Assembly: GCF_963921235.1 (NCBI RefSeq)
Contig: NC_086108.1
Coordinates: 78,308,001 to 78,372,000, forward strand
Reading direction: 5' to 3'
Length of the DNA: 64,000 nucleotides
Source: Mobula hypostoma
Taxonomy: Eukaryota
Under the pieces are notes generated by a model, which saw only the letters and a list, made by a program, of their open reading frames with translations, ran no database searches and was not told the DNA's origin. Both the position numbers and the translations under genes were made by a program. Shown here piece by piece: positions 52,317 through 64,000 of the stretch (position 1 is the stretch's first letter; each line of letters begins with the position of its first letter).

Positions 52317-53360
52317 CTGTAGAAAACATGGATACATATATTAAACTTAAATAAATTGTTTGGAATACCCAAACATCTTAGCTTCCAGAGCAGAAGCATT
52401 CAGATTCTTATTCCAGAATATAGTATAGATATCCAAATCCTTTTAAAAATAGTAACTAAAATTAGGTATCCCTCAAACTTTGATCAAATTTGTCAGTAGA
52501 TTTACCACTTCAATCTGCTAAATCACATACCTAAAAAAAATGATGCATTTACAATCTTTGTCACCCAGGTGTTGACAAAAAAAACCACAAGACTAATGAT
52601 AATAGGAGCAGGATCAGGCCATTCGGCCCATCAACTCTGCTCTGCCATTCTACCATGGCTGATTTATTTCCCCTCTCAACCCATTCTCCTGCTTTCTTCC
52701 TGTAACATTTGAACACCCTTACTAATCAACAACAAAAGACCAAAGAGAGAAGTATCACAAAATCTCAAATAGAAAGCCTGAAAATGTTGCTCCACATAGT
52801 AGAGTTTAAAAGAAGTGAGTCTCTGTTTGCTTGTGAGTTCCCTTTTTTTAAAAACACTGTTCATGCTCAGTACTTGTTTCAGTGTAGGTGGCATGGCAGC
52901 TAGAGTAGTGAAATGCTTCTCCTACAAAATATGGGAAGTCAGGAAATGTCATGGTGCTCCTGATAACCACACCTATGGGATGTACATCCAGCTACAGCTC
53001 CTGACAGACCAGGTCAAGAAAATGGAGTTGGATATACTCAGGACCATCCAACAGGCTAAGAACCTCACAGATGAGAATTATTACTGAGGTAGTCGCAACC
53101 AAGGTATAGGGTTTTGGATAAATAGGTGACCACCAGGGAAAAAGGAGTAGGCAGTCAGGGCAGCGTTTGCCTCAGACCATTCCCCTCACTAACTGTTGTA
53201 CCCCCTTGGATAGTGCTGGGAAGTTCTTTCAGAGGCTAGCAGCAATAGCCAGGGCTCTGGAGCTGTGAATAGTTCAGAAGGGAATGGTGTAGTCTTACAG
53301 GGTGGTAGTGATAGGAGATTTGATAGTGGCAAGGACAGACAGGAGATTCTGTGACCAGAA

Positions 53361-53381
53361 GAGCGAGCGAGCGAGCGAGCG

Positions 53382-53440
<59 letters not shown>
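53361..53440. repeat. (GAGC)n followed by (GT)n microsatellite
   Basis: Directly visible. Confidence 0.98.
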
Positions 53441-53444
<4 letters not shown>

Positions 53445-53615
53445 TTCCTCCAGGTGCTTCGATTTCCTCTCACAGACCAAAGATATACTGGTTAGTAGGT
53501 TAATTGGTCATTGTAAGTTGTCCCGTGATTAGACTAGTGTTAAATAGGTGGGTTGCTGCACGGCACTGTTCGGTGCACCGACATGACCTGTTTCATGCTG
53601 TATCTCTCTGAAAAA
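53441..53615 (+). mobile_element. V-SINE (HE1-like) V-domain and tail fragment
   Basis: tttcctccaggtgcttcgatttcctctcacagaccaaaga...ggttaattggtcattgtaagttgtcccgtgattag. Confidence 0.75.
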
Positions 53616-55779
53616 AGATAGTGTGCTGTCTCCTGTGTGCCAAGGTCCAAGATGTCTTTGAATAGATCCAGAAAATTCAGCCATATTATTGGTAGAACAA
53701 GGGATGAGGTCTTGCAGAATGTGTGTAGGGAGTGAAATAAGATGTTAAGAAGCAGGACTCAAAGGAAAACATCTCTGGATTACATTGGTGCAATGTTCTA
53801 GTGAGGTCAGAAATGAAAGAACATATCAGATTAATTTATGGATAAGGAGCTGGTGCAGTGGGCAGAGATTCGGATTTTTGGACTATTTGGATTTCTTCTG
53901 GGTACAGGTAGTCCGCACAAGAGGGATAGATTGCACTTGAACCAGAGAGGATCAATATTCTTGCAGGAAAGTTTACTAGAGCTACATGGGAGGGTTTAAA
54001 CTAGTTTGGAAAGGAAGTGGGACTCTTGAGTGGGAAGCAGGAACATGGTAAAAACAAGGGATGGAATATTTAGTTAAACTGTATTTATTTCAATGCTTGA
54101 GGTTCAACAGGGAAGGAATATAAACTCAGAGCATTAATTGGTTCTGAGGACTGGGAATGTTATAGCCATAACAGAAACATGACTGAAAGAAGGATAGGAC
54201 TGACAGCTCAATATTCCAGGATAAAAAATGCTGCAGCAATAACAGAGGTACAAGCAAATAAGGAGGGGGTGTGGCCTTGATAACAGTAATATTAAAGATT
54301 AAATTCTTGGGGGATCATCCAGTGAGGATAGATGGGTTCACTCTGGCAGGGCTGTATTATAAACCTTCTGATAGTCAGCAGGAACTGGAGGAAAAGATGC
54401 AAAGAAAAATTGCTCAAAGTTGTAAGAAGAATAGTTGCATAAGCGGAAGCTTTTTATTTTCCCCAGCATTGACAGGGCCATTCAGGGTGTTAAGGGCCTG
54501 GACAAGGTAAAATTTGTTAAGTATATTCAAGAAAGCTTCCTGAGTCAATATAGAGAGGCCCTACAGTGGAGGATGCAACACTTGACCTCCTCTTAAGGAA
54601 CAAGGCAGGGCAAGCAACTGAAGTGGCAATAAGGAAGCATTTTGTTGGCTCCAGTGACCATAATTCTATTAGCTTTAAGAAAGTGATGAAAAAATGTCAG
54701 GTCCATAGTTTAGGGTCTTAAACTGGAGCAGATCTAATTTTGGGGAATTAGGCAGGATCTAGCACAGGCTGAATGGGTGAGCCTGTTTGAAACCAAACTG
54801 ACAGATGGCAAAAAGGAAGCTTTTAAGAGCATGACAGCAAGTGTCCAGGAACAGCAAGTTCCTGTTAGGACAAAGAGTAAACATGCAAGTGTAGGAAACC
54901 TTCTCAGACACTGAGGATCCAGTCAAGAAAAAGGGACCGTACATTGGATCAGGATTGAGCAAGTACTTCCCCACTAAAAATTAGAAGGAAATTAGGGAGA
55001 CAAAGAAGGTATGAGATGGATTTGGCAGATAAGGTTAAGAAAAATACCAAAAGGTTCTATAACTAGTGGATAAATCTCCAGGCTTGACCAAGTGCATCCT
55101 CAAACTTTGTGGAAGGCTAAAGAGGTAATTGTGGAGGCCTTTGTGGAAATATTTGTTTCATTAGCTACTGGGGAATTTCCTAAAAACTGGAAGATAGGTA
55201 ATGTTTTTATGTTTAGGGAGAGTAGCAGAGACAAAAAGGGAAAGGGAAAATGCAGGCTGGTCAACCTGCCATTAGAGGTGGGGAAGTTACTGGAAGGAAT
55301 TGAGGGACTGGAGTTCACAGAATTTGATAGAATATGATTAGGAGGTATCAGAATGGCTATAATAAGAACCTTTAGTTTTTTGAAGTAACCGAAACAGTAG
55401 GGCAGGGAATGTCCATTTGGACTTTAGTAAGGCCTTCAAGGTTGTGCATGGCAGGTTGTCTGGAAGGTTAGGTCTCATAGAGTCCAGGAAGAGCTAGTTA
55501 AGATTCAAAATTGGCTTGGAAGCAAGAAGCAGAGGGTAGTGGTTGAATGTTGCTTCTCAGAGTGCAGGCACCTGACTAGTGTGCCAGTGTTGGGACCCTT
55601 GATATTTATTATTTATATAAATGATTTGGATGTGAGTGCACATAGCTCAATCAGTAGGTTTGTGGATGAGGCAAAATTAGAAGCATTAATAGTGAAGTTT
55701 ACGGTAGATGACAAGAGGATCTTGATGATAAGGGAATGTTTTATCAGAACATGGAGGCATCTTCATGAGCTCCCACAGC

Positions 55780-57340
55780 CCCCGATGACTTTGATTTCAG
55801 TCTGAGGGCAATGTGAGAGCATCCTTAGGAGGGTGAACCCATAGAAGCTTCTGGCCCAGATGGGTACCTGCTTGAATACTAAAGATCTCTGCTGAACAAC
55901 TAGTTGGGGTGTTTACTAATATCTTTAACCTCTCACATCAGCAGTCTGAGGTACCCACCTTCTTTAAGCAGGTGCCTAAGAAGAATGTGGTAACCTACCT
56001 CAATGACTATCATCTAATCGCATTTACATCCACTGTGATGAAATGCTTTGAGAGGTTGATGATGAAACATTTCATTGGCTCTTCACTTGACCATAGAACA
56101 TCTGGACAGTGAAGGTCCATACATAGGAACACTTTTAATTGACTGCAGCTCAGTGTTCAATACATCCATCCCCTCAAAATTAACCAATAAGCTTCAAGAC
56201 CTTGGCCTCAATACCTTGTTGTGCAACTGGTTCCTCTATTTCCTCATTTGCAGACCACACCCACAGTCAGTTCAGATTCTCAATAACATCTCCTCTACAA
56301 TCACTGTTGGCACATGTGCACCATAAAGCTGCGCGCTAAGTCCCCTGCTCTACACAATTTATACTTATGACTGTGAGGTTAAGCACAGCTCCAATGCCAT
56401 ATTAAAGTTTGTTGATGACACTACCCCCGTTGGACAAATCAAAGGTGGTGACAAATCAGCATAGAGGAGGGAGATTGCCAAAACAAAAACCTCTCACTCA
56501 ACATCAACAAGACCAAGGAGCTGATTATTGAGTCCAGAAGGAGGAAACTCGTGATTTACAAGTCAGTCCTCATCAGGGATCAGAAGTGGAGGGAGTTAGC
56601 AACGATAAATTCCACAGTGTTATCATTTCAGAGGATCTGTCCTGGTTCCAGTACTTATAAAGTGCCATTACAGAGAAAACATGGCAGCTCTTCTACTTTC
56701 CTAGAAGTTTGTGAAGATTCGGCATGTCGTCTAAAAATTTGACAAACTTCCATAGATGTGCATATTGACCGGATGCATCAAGGCCTGCTAAGGGCCCTTG
56801 AACAGAAAAGGCCCATACAGCCCAGATCATCACAGATAAAGCACCTCTCCCCCACCATTGAGCACATCTACATGGAGTGATGCTGCAGGAAAGCAGAATC
56901 CATCTACCGTCCAGGTTATGCTTTCTTCTTGCTGCTGCCATCAGGAAGGAGGTACAGAGCCTTGGGACCCACACCTCCAGGTTCAGGAACAGATATTACC
57001 CCTCAGTCAGAGTCCTTGAACCAGAGGGAATAACTTCACTCAATTTCACTCATTCCATCACTGAACTGTTCCTACAATCCATGAACTCACTTTCAAGGAC
57101 TATTCATCTTATGTTCTTGATATTTATCGCACATTTATTTATTATGATTTTTTTTGTATTTGCAGAGTTTTTTTTGTCTTTTTCACATTGGTTGAAGGTC
57201 CATCCTGTTGAGTGCAATCTTTCATTGATTCTACAGTATTGTGTTTCTTTGTATTTATTCTGAATGCCCACAAGAAAATGAATCTCAGGGTTACATATGG
57301 TGACATGTATGTACTTAGATAATAAATGTACTTTGACCTA
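55780..57340 (+). mobile_element. Rex1/Babar RT and 3' end, decayed
   Basis: FTNIFNLS...LNDYHLIAFTSTVMKCFERL; LQDLGLNTLLCNWFLYFL; tail aataaatgtactttgacc. Confidence 0.88.
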
Positions 57341-57979
57341 TGATCAGTTAGGGAAGGGGGGGGGGTCAAGGATTGGCAAACGGATTTCAACAGAGGCAAG
57401 TGTGAGGTGATGCAATTTGAATTGCAAACCAGTGTAGGCTATGTACTATGAATGGTAGGGCACACAAGAATGTAATGGAACTGAGAAATTTTAGGAATTA
57501 AAGTGCATAATTTGTTGGAAGCAGTGTCATAGGTAGACAGGGCAGTGAAAAATGTATTTAGCATACTGGCCTTCATCAGTCAGGGCAATGAGTTGAGGAA
57601 TTCAAATGTTGTGGTAGTACACAAGTTATTTGTGAGGCTGCACTTGGAGTACTATGTACAGTTTTGGTCACCATTTTATTGGAAAGATGTGGTTAAACTC
57701 AGAAGAGTGAAGAGAAGATTACAGAATGGTGCCAGGACTAAAGAACCTGAGTTATCAGAAAAGGTTGTCCAGGCTAGGTCTTTATTTCCCTGGAACGTAG
57801 GAGAATGAGGAGCAACTTCATTGAAATGTTTAAAATTGAGAGGTAGAGATAAGGTGACAGTAATCCAAGGTAGGGAAGTCCAAAACTAGGGGGCATAGAT
57901 ATTGGATGAAGGGAGATTTAAGAGACCTGAAGGGCAACTCCCCCCCCCTCCGCCACCCCCAAAGTGGTAAGTATATGGA

Positions 57980-59461
57980 CGTTGAGTGCGCAGTCATCAG
58001 CAAACAAGAAGTCTCTGATGACAGTCTCTTGCACCTTTGTAACTGCCTGCAGGCGCCTAAGGTTGAACAACCTGCCGTCAGTCCTGTACCTGACGTGGAT
58101 TCCTTCTTCGTAGTTACGGAAGGCATCTGTCAGCATGGCAGAGAATACCATACTGAACAGAGTCGGGGCAAGAATGCAGCCTTGTTTGACGCCACTCGTC
58201 ACTGGGAAGGCCTCCAACTCGTCGCCGTCATCCAGAACTTTCACCCTCATACCGTCGTGGAACTGCCGGGCGATTGTGATGAACTTGCTGGGGCAGCCAA
58301 ACTTCTCCATGATCTTCCACAAGCCTTCTCTGCTGACCGTATCGAAAGCCTTGGTTAGATCGACAAAGGTCATGAAGAGGTCGCTGTGTTGCTCCTGGCA
58401 TTTTTCCTGGAGTTGGCGCGCAGCAAAAATCATATTGTTGTTTCTTCTTGTTTGCTGATGACTGCGTACTCAACGCCAGCACAGAGCAGGAGATGCAGCG
58501 TGAAATGGACTGCTTCTCACAAGCCTGCGACAACTTCAGTCTCACTATCAGCACCAAAAAGACCGAAGTTATGTACCAGCCTGCCCCAGGAAAGCCATAC
58601 CAGGAGCCGCGCATCACGGTGAAGGGCCAGAACCTCCAGGCAGTCGACAACTTCACCTACCTGGGCAGCATACTCTCTCGCGCAGTGAACATAGACGCTG
58701 AGGTCAACAACAGGATTGCCAAAGCCAGCACCGCCTTTGGGAGACTCCGTGAGAACGTCTGGGAGCGGAGAGGACTCAGCCTTACCACCAAGCTGAAGGT
58801 CTACTGTGCAGTGGTCCTTACCACCCTCCTTTACGCTAGCGAGACCTGGACTCTCTACAGCAGACATGCCAAATAGCTCAACCACTTTCACCTGAGCTGT
58901 CTCCGCAGACTCCTCCACATCAGGTGGCAGGACAAAGTCCCCGACACGGAAATCCTGGAACGAGCTGGGCTCTGCAGCGTCTACACCCTCCTGCTGAAAG
59001 CCCAAGCCAGGTGGGCTGGACATGTGGTCAGAATGCTAGACAGCCGATTGCCTAAGCAGCTGCTGTACGGAGAACTGTGTCAGGGCAAGCGCTCAGTCAG
59101 GGGGCAGAAGAAATGTTACAAAGACTGCCTCAAAGCGTCCCTCAAAGGCCTGGGTGTCAACATCAACACGTGGGAGACGCTTGCCCTCGAACGTCCAGCT
59201 TGGTGCAGCAAGATCACCACAGGAGCTCGTGCAGCTGAAGTCAGGCGCATCACTGAGGCGCAACGAAAGCGTGCTGTGCGCAAGGCCCGAGCAGCATCCA
59301 CTGCCACGACAGCACCCACCCACTTGTGTCCCACATGTGGGCGAGCCTTCAGGGCCCAGATTGGCCTCATCAGTCAGCTCCGGACCCACAGCCACCAATC
59401 TCCCATTTGACTTTGAAGCCATGGTCATCTTCGACTACGAAGGACGAACAACAACAACAAC
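57980..59461 (+). mobile_element. Young RTE/BovB-like LINE with 5' inversion (57980-58435 minus, 58444-59461 plus)
   Basis: 11-bp TSD aagtatatgga (57969-57979, 59462-59472); [57 protein letters not shown]; (CAA)n tail. Confidence 0.95.
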
Positions 59462-60029
59462 AAGTATATGGAATGAGATGCCAGAAGTGGCTGAGGCAGG
59501 TATGATGGTATAATTTAAGAATCACTTAGACAGGTACATGGAAAGGTGGGACTTAGAGGGATATGGGCTAATTTCAGGAACTTGGGTCTAACTGGGTGGG
59601 CACTGATCACCATGAACTTGTTGGGTGAGTCAAGCACCTGTGCCTGTGCTGTATTGTTCTGATTTTATGATCCACAGATAGAACAAAATATATTAGACAA
59701 TTATATAAATAATCTTCCATTTACTTTCAACATCATCAGCTGATGCATGAATCAAACTGATTTTTTAAAAGACTATTCCAATCTACAATATAACGGCTGT
59801 AGACATCATCTTGTGCAAATGCGTCTTCATTGTTGTAAATATTTTAGTATTTTAAACGTAACCTGAGATCCAGCAAGTGGAAGCATCTATGGAGTTCTAT
59901 GTCATACCTAATCTATAACCAACTTACTACATGTAATTGAGAAACAAGAGTAAATGTAAAGTACTTGTAATGGGACCTTGTGTATCTTTCAGTATGAATG
60001 TACAAGAACTGGATTTTCATTTACTTTTC

Positions 60030-60335
60030 CTTACATTGGGTACAAGAACAGGATGAATACGGTTGTTTCCAATAGTCGTTGAGTCTAAGTTCACAGGGCA
60101 TAGCCTCATCATCTAAGGAACAGATGAGGAGGAATTTCTTTAGCTAGAGGGTGGTGAATCTGTGGAACTAATTGCTATGGATGCCTGTGGGGGTCAAGAC
60201 ATTGGGTGTATTTAAAGCAGAAGTCGATAGGTCCTTGAATAGTAAGGGTGTCAAAGGCTATAGGGAGAAGGCAGGAAGATGGGAAGCAGACATGATGGGA
60301 CAAATGGCATAATTCAGGCCATATGCCTTATGTTT
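60030..60335 (+). mobile_element. CR1 3' fragment
   Basis: gatgaggaggaatttctttagctagagggtggtgaatctgtggaa. Confidence 0.8.
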
Positions 60336-61501
60336 GTAGTTGCACGTTTATAAATGTACAAGATCTGTAAGATTGCTCAGTAGATAACAACATCAAAACC
60401 ATTCCAGAACAGATGTATCTAATATACACTGGTAATTTAATCCAGTACTAAGGAAATACTGTCCTTGTGTTACTATGGTGCAGTAGTACCAATAAAGGAA
60501 AAAGCAAAGGTTCTCAATTTTAGGAAGCGATTTTTTTCATATAGAAAAGCAAATGTTATGTGATTTGATGTTGTAATGAGTGTCACATGATAAAACCTCC
60601 AGGAATACTCCAACTAATGCTGGTAGTTCAATGGTCCGTTACATCAATTAAGTTGTTAAAGGCAACACAGAGCTTTTCACTTCCCTTTACAACCAATGTA
60701 CCACATTTCAAACTTGGTCACTTTTACAATTTCATTGGCAATGTTGTAATATAGTCAAATTGCACATATCAATCTCCCAAACAGTAGTACCGTAATGATT
60801 AGATAATGGCATAGAAATCCAGATACACCAGGTTTCTTTATCCTCATGCTAAAAGTCTGAAAATCCATTCCCCCGCGCCCCCCCCCCCATGGAACTGCTT
60901 ACAATTGCTAGCATTTCCAGGTTGAATCATACTAATTTCAAAATGAGATCCATCACTCAGGTCACACATCACATTGGTATGAAAAGCCATAGTTGAATGC
61001 AAGAAGATAGTGATGCTTTGAGGGTGGCAGACACCAACATTTATGTTCTGTACTTATCAGTGTAGTTTAAGCAACGATGTGTTTCATGGATAGCCAGAAA
61101 CTTCAGATTAAACAGATTCTTCCCCCAGCCATCGAACAAGAGCAGTTTCTTCTTTTTAAATTTTTTTCCCCTCAGGTAGTTACGAAGAATCAAAGGTGAT
61201 TTTCTTCCACTCTAGTTTTGTGGGTTCTGGTATGGTTAATGAAGCCAAAGTAGAAAATGCAGATGGTGAAGAATTGGCTAGTGTGGGCAGATGGCATTAT
61301 GGGGGAGTCATGTGTGGCCCCAATGCCTTGATTCTCAATACTATCCCAAATGCCTCCTCTCTACTTTGAGCTCCCATGGGTTGGATGTTAGCAGGAATCA
61401 TCAGGAATATTGTACATCATGTATCAGTACTTGATTTCTACAACAGAACATGTCATTCACAATTTTAAAATTTATTGTTAACTCTATTTTCCTTGTTGTG
61501 T

Positions 61502-62770
61502 GAATTGAATTGAATTTATTTAAATCTTACATCCATTCCACAATGTGTGGGAGTAAAAACCTTTGTGTTATGACTCCGTCGCAATGTACAGACACGTGAA
61601 TTGATAAGTCTAATGGCTTATAGAATGAGGCTGTCCCGTAGCATGTTGGTCCTGGCTTTAATACTGTGGTACCGTTTGCCAGATGGAAGCAGCTGAAACA
61701 GTTTATGGTTGGGGTGACTGGTGTCCCCAATGATCTTCCAGGCCTTCTTTACACACCTGTTGCTGTAAGTATCCTCAGTGGAGGGAGATTCACATCCACA
61801 GATGCACTAGGCTGTCCGTACCACTCTCCACAGTGCCCAGCGATCAAGGCTGGTGCATTTCCTGGACCAGGCGGTGATACAGCCAGTCAGGATGCTCTCA
61901 ATGATACCCCTGTAGAAGGTCTTGAGGATTTTGGAGCTCATGCTGAACTTCTTCAGTTGCCTGAGGTGGAAGAGATGCTGTTATACTTTTTTTTTTGCCA
62001 CACAGCCAGTGAGTACAGTCCAGATGAGATCTTCGGTGATGTGTATACTGAGGAACTTGAAACTACTCAACCTCTCAAATGCAGTGCCATTGATGCTGAT
62101 TGGGGCAAGCCTTTCTCCATTCCTCCTAAAATCCACGATCAGCTCTTTTGTTTATTTGACATTGAGGGAGAGGTTGTTAACTTGGCACCTCTGTGTCAGG
62201 GTGTTAATCTCTCCTCTGTAGGCTGTCTTGTTACCGTTAGAAATAAGACCCATCAATGTTGTGTCATCTGCAAATTTGATCAGCAGATTGGAGTTGTATG
62301 TGGCAGCACAGTCGTGGGTGTAAAGGGAGTAGAGGAGGGGACTCAGGATACAACCCTGAAGCGAACCTCAGTTGAGGGTCAGGGGGCAGAGATGAGGTAG
62401 CCCACCCTTACATCTGTCGGCAATCCAGAAGGAAGTCTAGGATCCAACTGCACAGGCAGGGTGCAGGCAGAGGGCTCTGAGCTTCCTGTTAAATATGGAG
62501 GGAATTATGGTATTGAATGCTGAACTGTAGTCCAGGGACAGCATTCTAACGTATGCATCCCTTTTCTCCAGATAAGTGAGGACGGTGTGTAGTACTGTGA
62601 CCATGGCATCATCAGTAGACTGGTTCTGTTGGTAGGCAAATTGTAGGGGGTCCAGTGTGGGTGGTAGCATGCTGCAGATGTAGTCTTTAACCAGCATCTC
62701 TAAACATTTGCTTATAATTGAGCTGAGTGCAACAGGGCGCCAATTGTTCCGGCATGCTACCTTGGTTTTC
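61502..62770 (-). mobile_element. Rex1/Babar RT and 3' end
   Basis: NNWRPVALSSIISKCLEMLV...LDPLQFAY...DYSSAFNTIIPS; (ATTCA)n tail. Confidence 0.9.
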
Positions 62771-63689
62771 AATGATGAACGATTTGTAAACGTATGATAC
62801 AAACATGATATGCAATAAGGTACCAAGCGATGCTAGACTTACTAAAAAGAGATAAAACCAGGATATTTTGATCATATAACCTCTTCATTGCATTTCTGAT
62901 AGTATTTTATTATTAAAATTAAGCAAATATTATTTCCAATTTTTGTAATTTGAGCAAAATGATACCGAAAATTGAAATTACATTAAAAATTACAATTAAA
63001 AAGGTTATATCCACTTCTAGAAGACTAAAAATAAAGCTACTGCAACACATCTAACACCATAAGTATTGCAATAACTGAGATTAACATAAAATATTGCAGA
63101 ATGGACAAGACTTGGATTAAAAATGGCATTTAAACTTGCATTTTATCCTTCAGGATTGCATAATTGAATAAATTTATCCATTAATCCAACAAATTTGAAA
63201 ATCAGTTAATTTTTCAACCTGAAGTTCTGTCCCATAACCATGTCATTGAAGTAAGGTTATAATATCATGTAGGAACATTGCCCTCTTTTTGCCACTCACT
63301 ACCCACAACAGCAGTACTCAACTACCTTCTCTACTTTCCATGCTAGTTTATTAATTCCAATGAAAGCAAATAGAAGTTAAAAAAAGATTTTCTTCTTTAG
63401 GATGTACATTTCATTTCAAAACAATAGACTCTTTGTTGCTAAAATAGTGGTGCTGAATTTTTCAACACCAAATTCCCTTTAGAGTTTGATATCTTAAACT
63501 ATTCTTTGCTTTTCTTCAGCTCAGTACCATACAGATAACAGATATTACACTTGCATATCATTAAAGTTAACTGTTGGATTTTCTTTATAGAGAAGAGCAT
63601 TTAAGAAAAACAAGTTTTATTACATTTTATTGAATGGATAATGATGGCAATTCATTAGTTATTTATAACTAATTGATGATTTTGATTAA

Positions 63690-64000
63690 CCTTAGGAAGG
63701 ATAATGGCGCCTAATGACAACTCCTTTGCTTGCATCTTCAGAAACAGCTCTATTTCGACCTTTAATATCTTTATTTTTCCCTTTCAGGGTTCTTTTGAAG
63801 ACCCTGACCTGGAGTTACGCGCAGGCTTCAGTTCTTTGTGAGAATGGGACACGTTCTCGGGGTTCCACAACTGGCTGTTATTCGACATGCCAAGGGTTTG
63901 GCCTGGGAGTCTCAATCATGTTTGGAAGCCTAAGATTTCGGGGCTCTGGAGACTGGCGGATCCAAGGGTCGGTGTCACGGCAGCAGACTCATGTGTCGTC
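63690..64000 (+). mobile_element. Probable 5' end of a repeat running off the window
   Basis: Abrupt change to GC/CpG-richer sequence starting ggataatggcgcc, similar to the aagatggc start at 22500. Confidence 0.35.

Larger units (their letters stand above)
52740..59670 (+). mobile_element. Old full-length-type CR1 (ORF1 and ORF2) fragmented by V-SINE, Rex1 and RTE insertions
   Basis: ORF1 VVKCFSYKIWE...IQLQLL; esterase gtgataggagattt; APE; RT PVLGPLIFIIYINDLD; RLHLEYYVQFWSP; 3' UTR to about 59670. Confidence 0.8.

Noticed and set aside
53189..53480. ORFs with HTHTHT repeats
   Set aside because: Translation of the (GT)n microsatellite
58135..59513. Multiple overlapping ORFs within the RTE element
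   Set aside because: Alternative-frame and antisense ORFs expected in GC-rich coding sequence
61666..62400. 244-aa plus-strand ORF
   Set aside because: Antisense shadow of the Rex1/Babar RT on the minus strand
52320..64000. Upstream ccdc24 exons
   Set aside because: No segment matching the expected preceding peptide with splice sites was found; probably outside the window

Overview
Vertebrate genomic DNA dominated by transposon relics. The CR1/V-SINE/Penelope/Rex1 mix suggests a cartilaginous fish, probably a ray or skate (inference). One host gene is recognisable: the last four coding exons of a CCDC24 orthologue on the minus strand (52316-52262, 36238-36169, 35840-35723, 34978-34267), with consistent splice phases; earlier exons were not found and probably lie beyond 64000. 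The rest is nested CR1 LINEs, Rex1/Babar fragments, Penelope-like elements (PLE), a young 5'-inverted RTE/BovB-like LINE, a hAT-Charlie/SPIN-like transposon, Tc1 and Tigger/pogo relics, MITEs and V-SINEs. The most interesting signals are non-coding: minimal type I hammerhead ribozymes in PLE termini (one intact), a set of tiny fold-back PLE-derived elements (one with a perfect 14-bp TSD), and a possibly pseudoknotted retroelement 3' UTR. I found no prokaryote-type system and no intact novel protein-coding system. Family names come from recalled motifs, not database searches.
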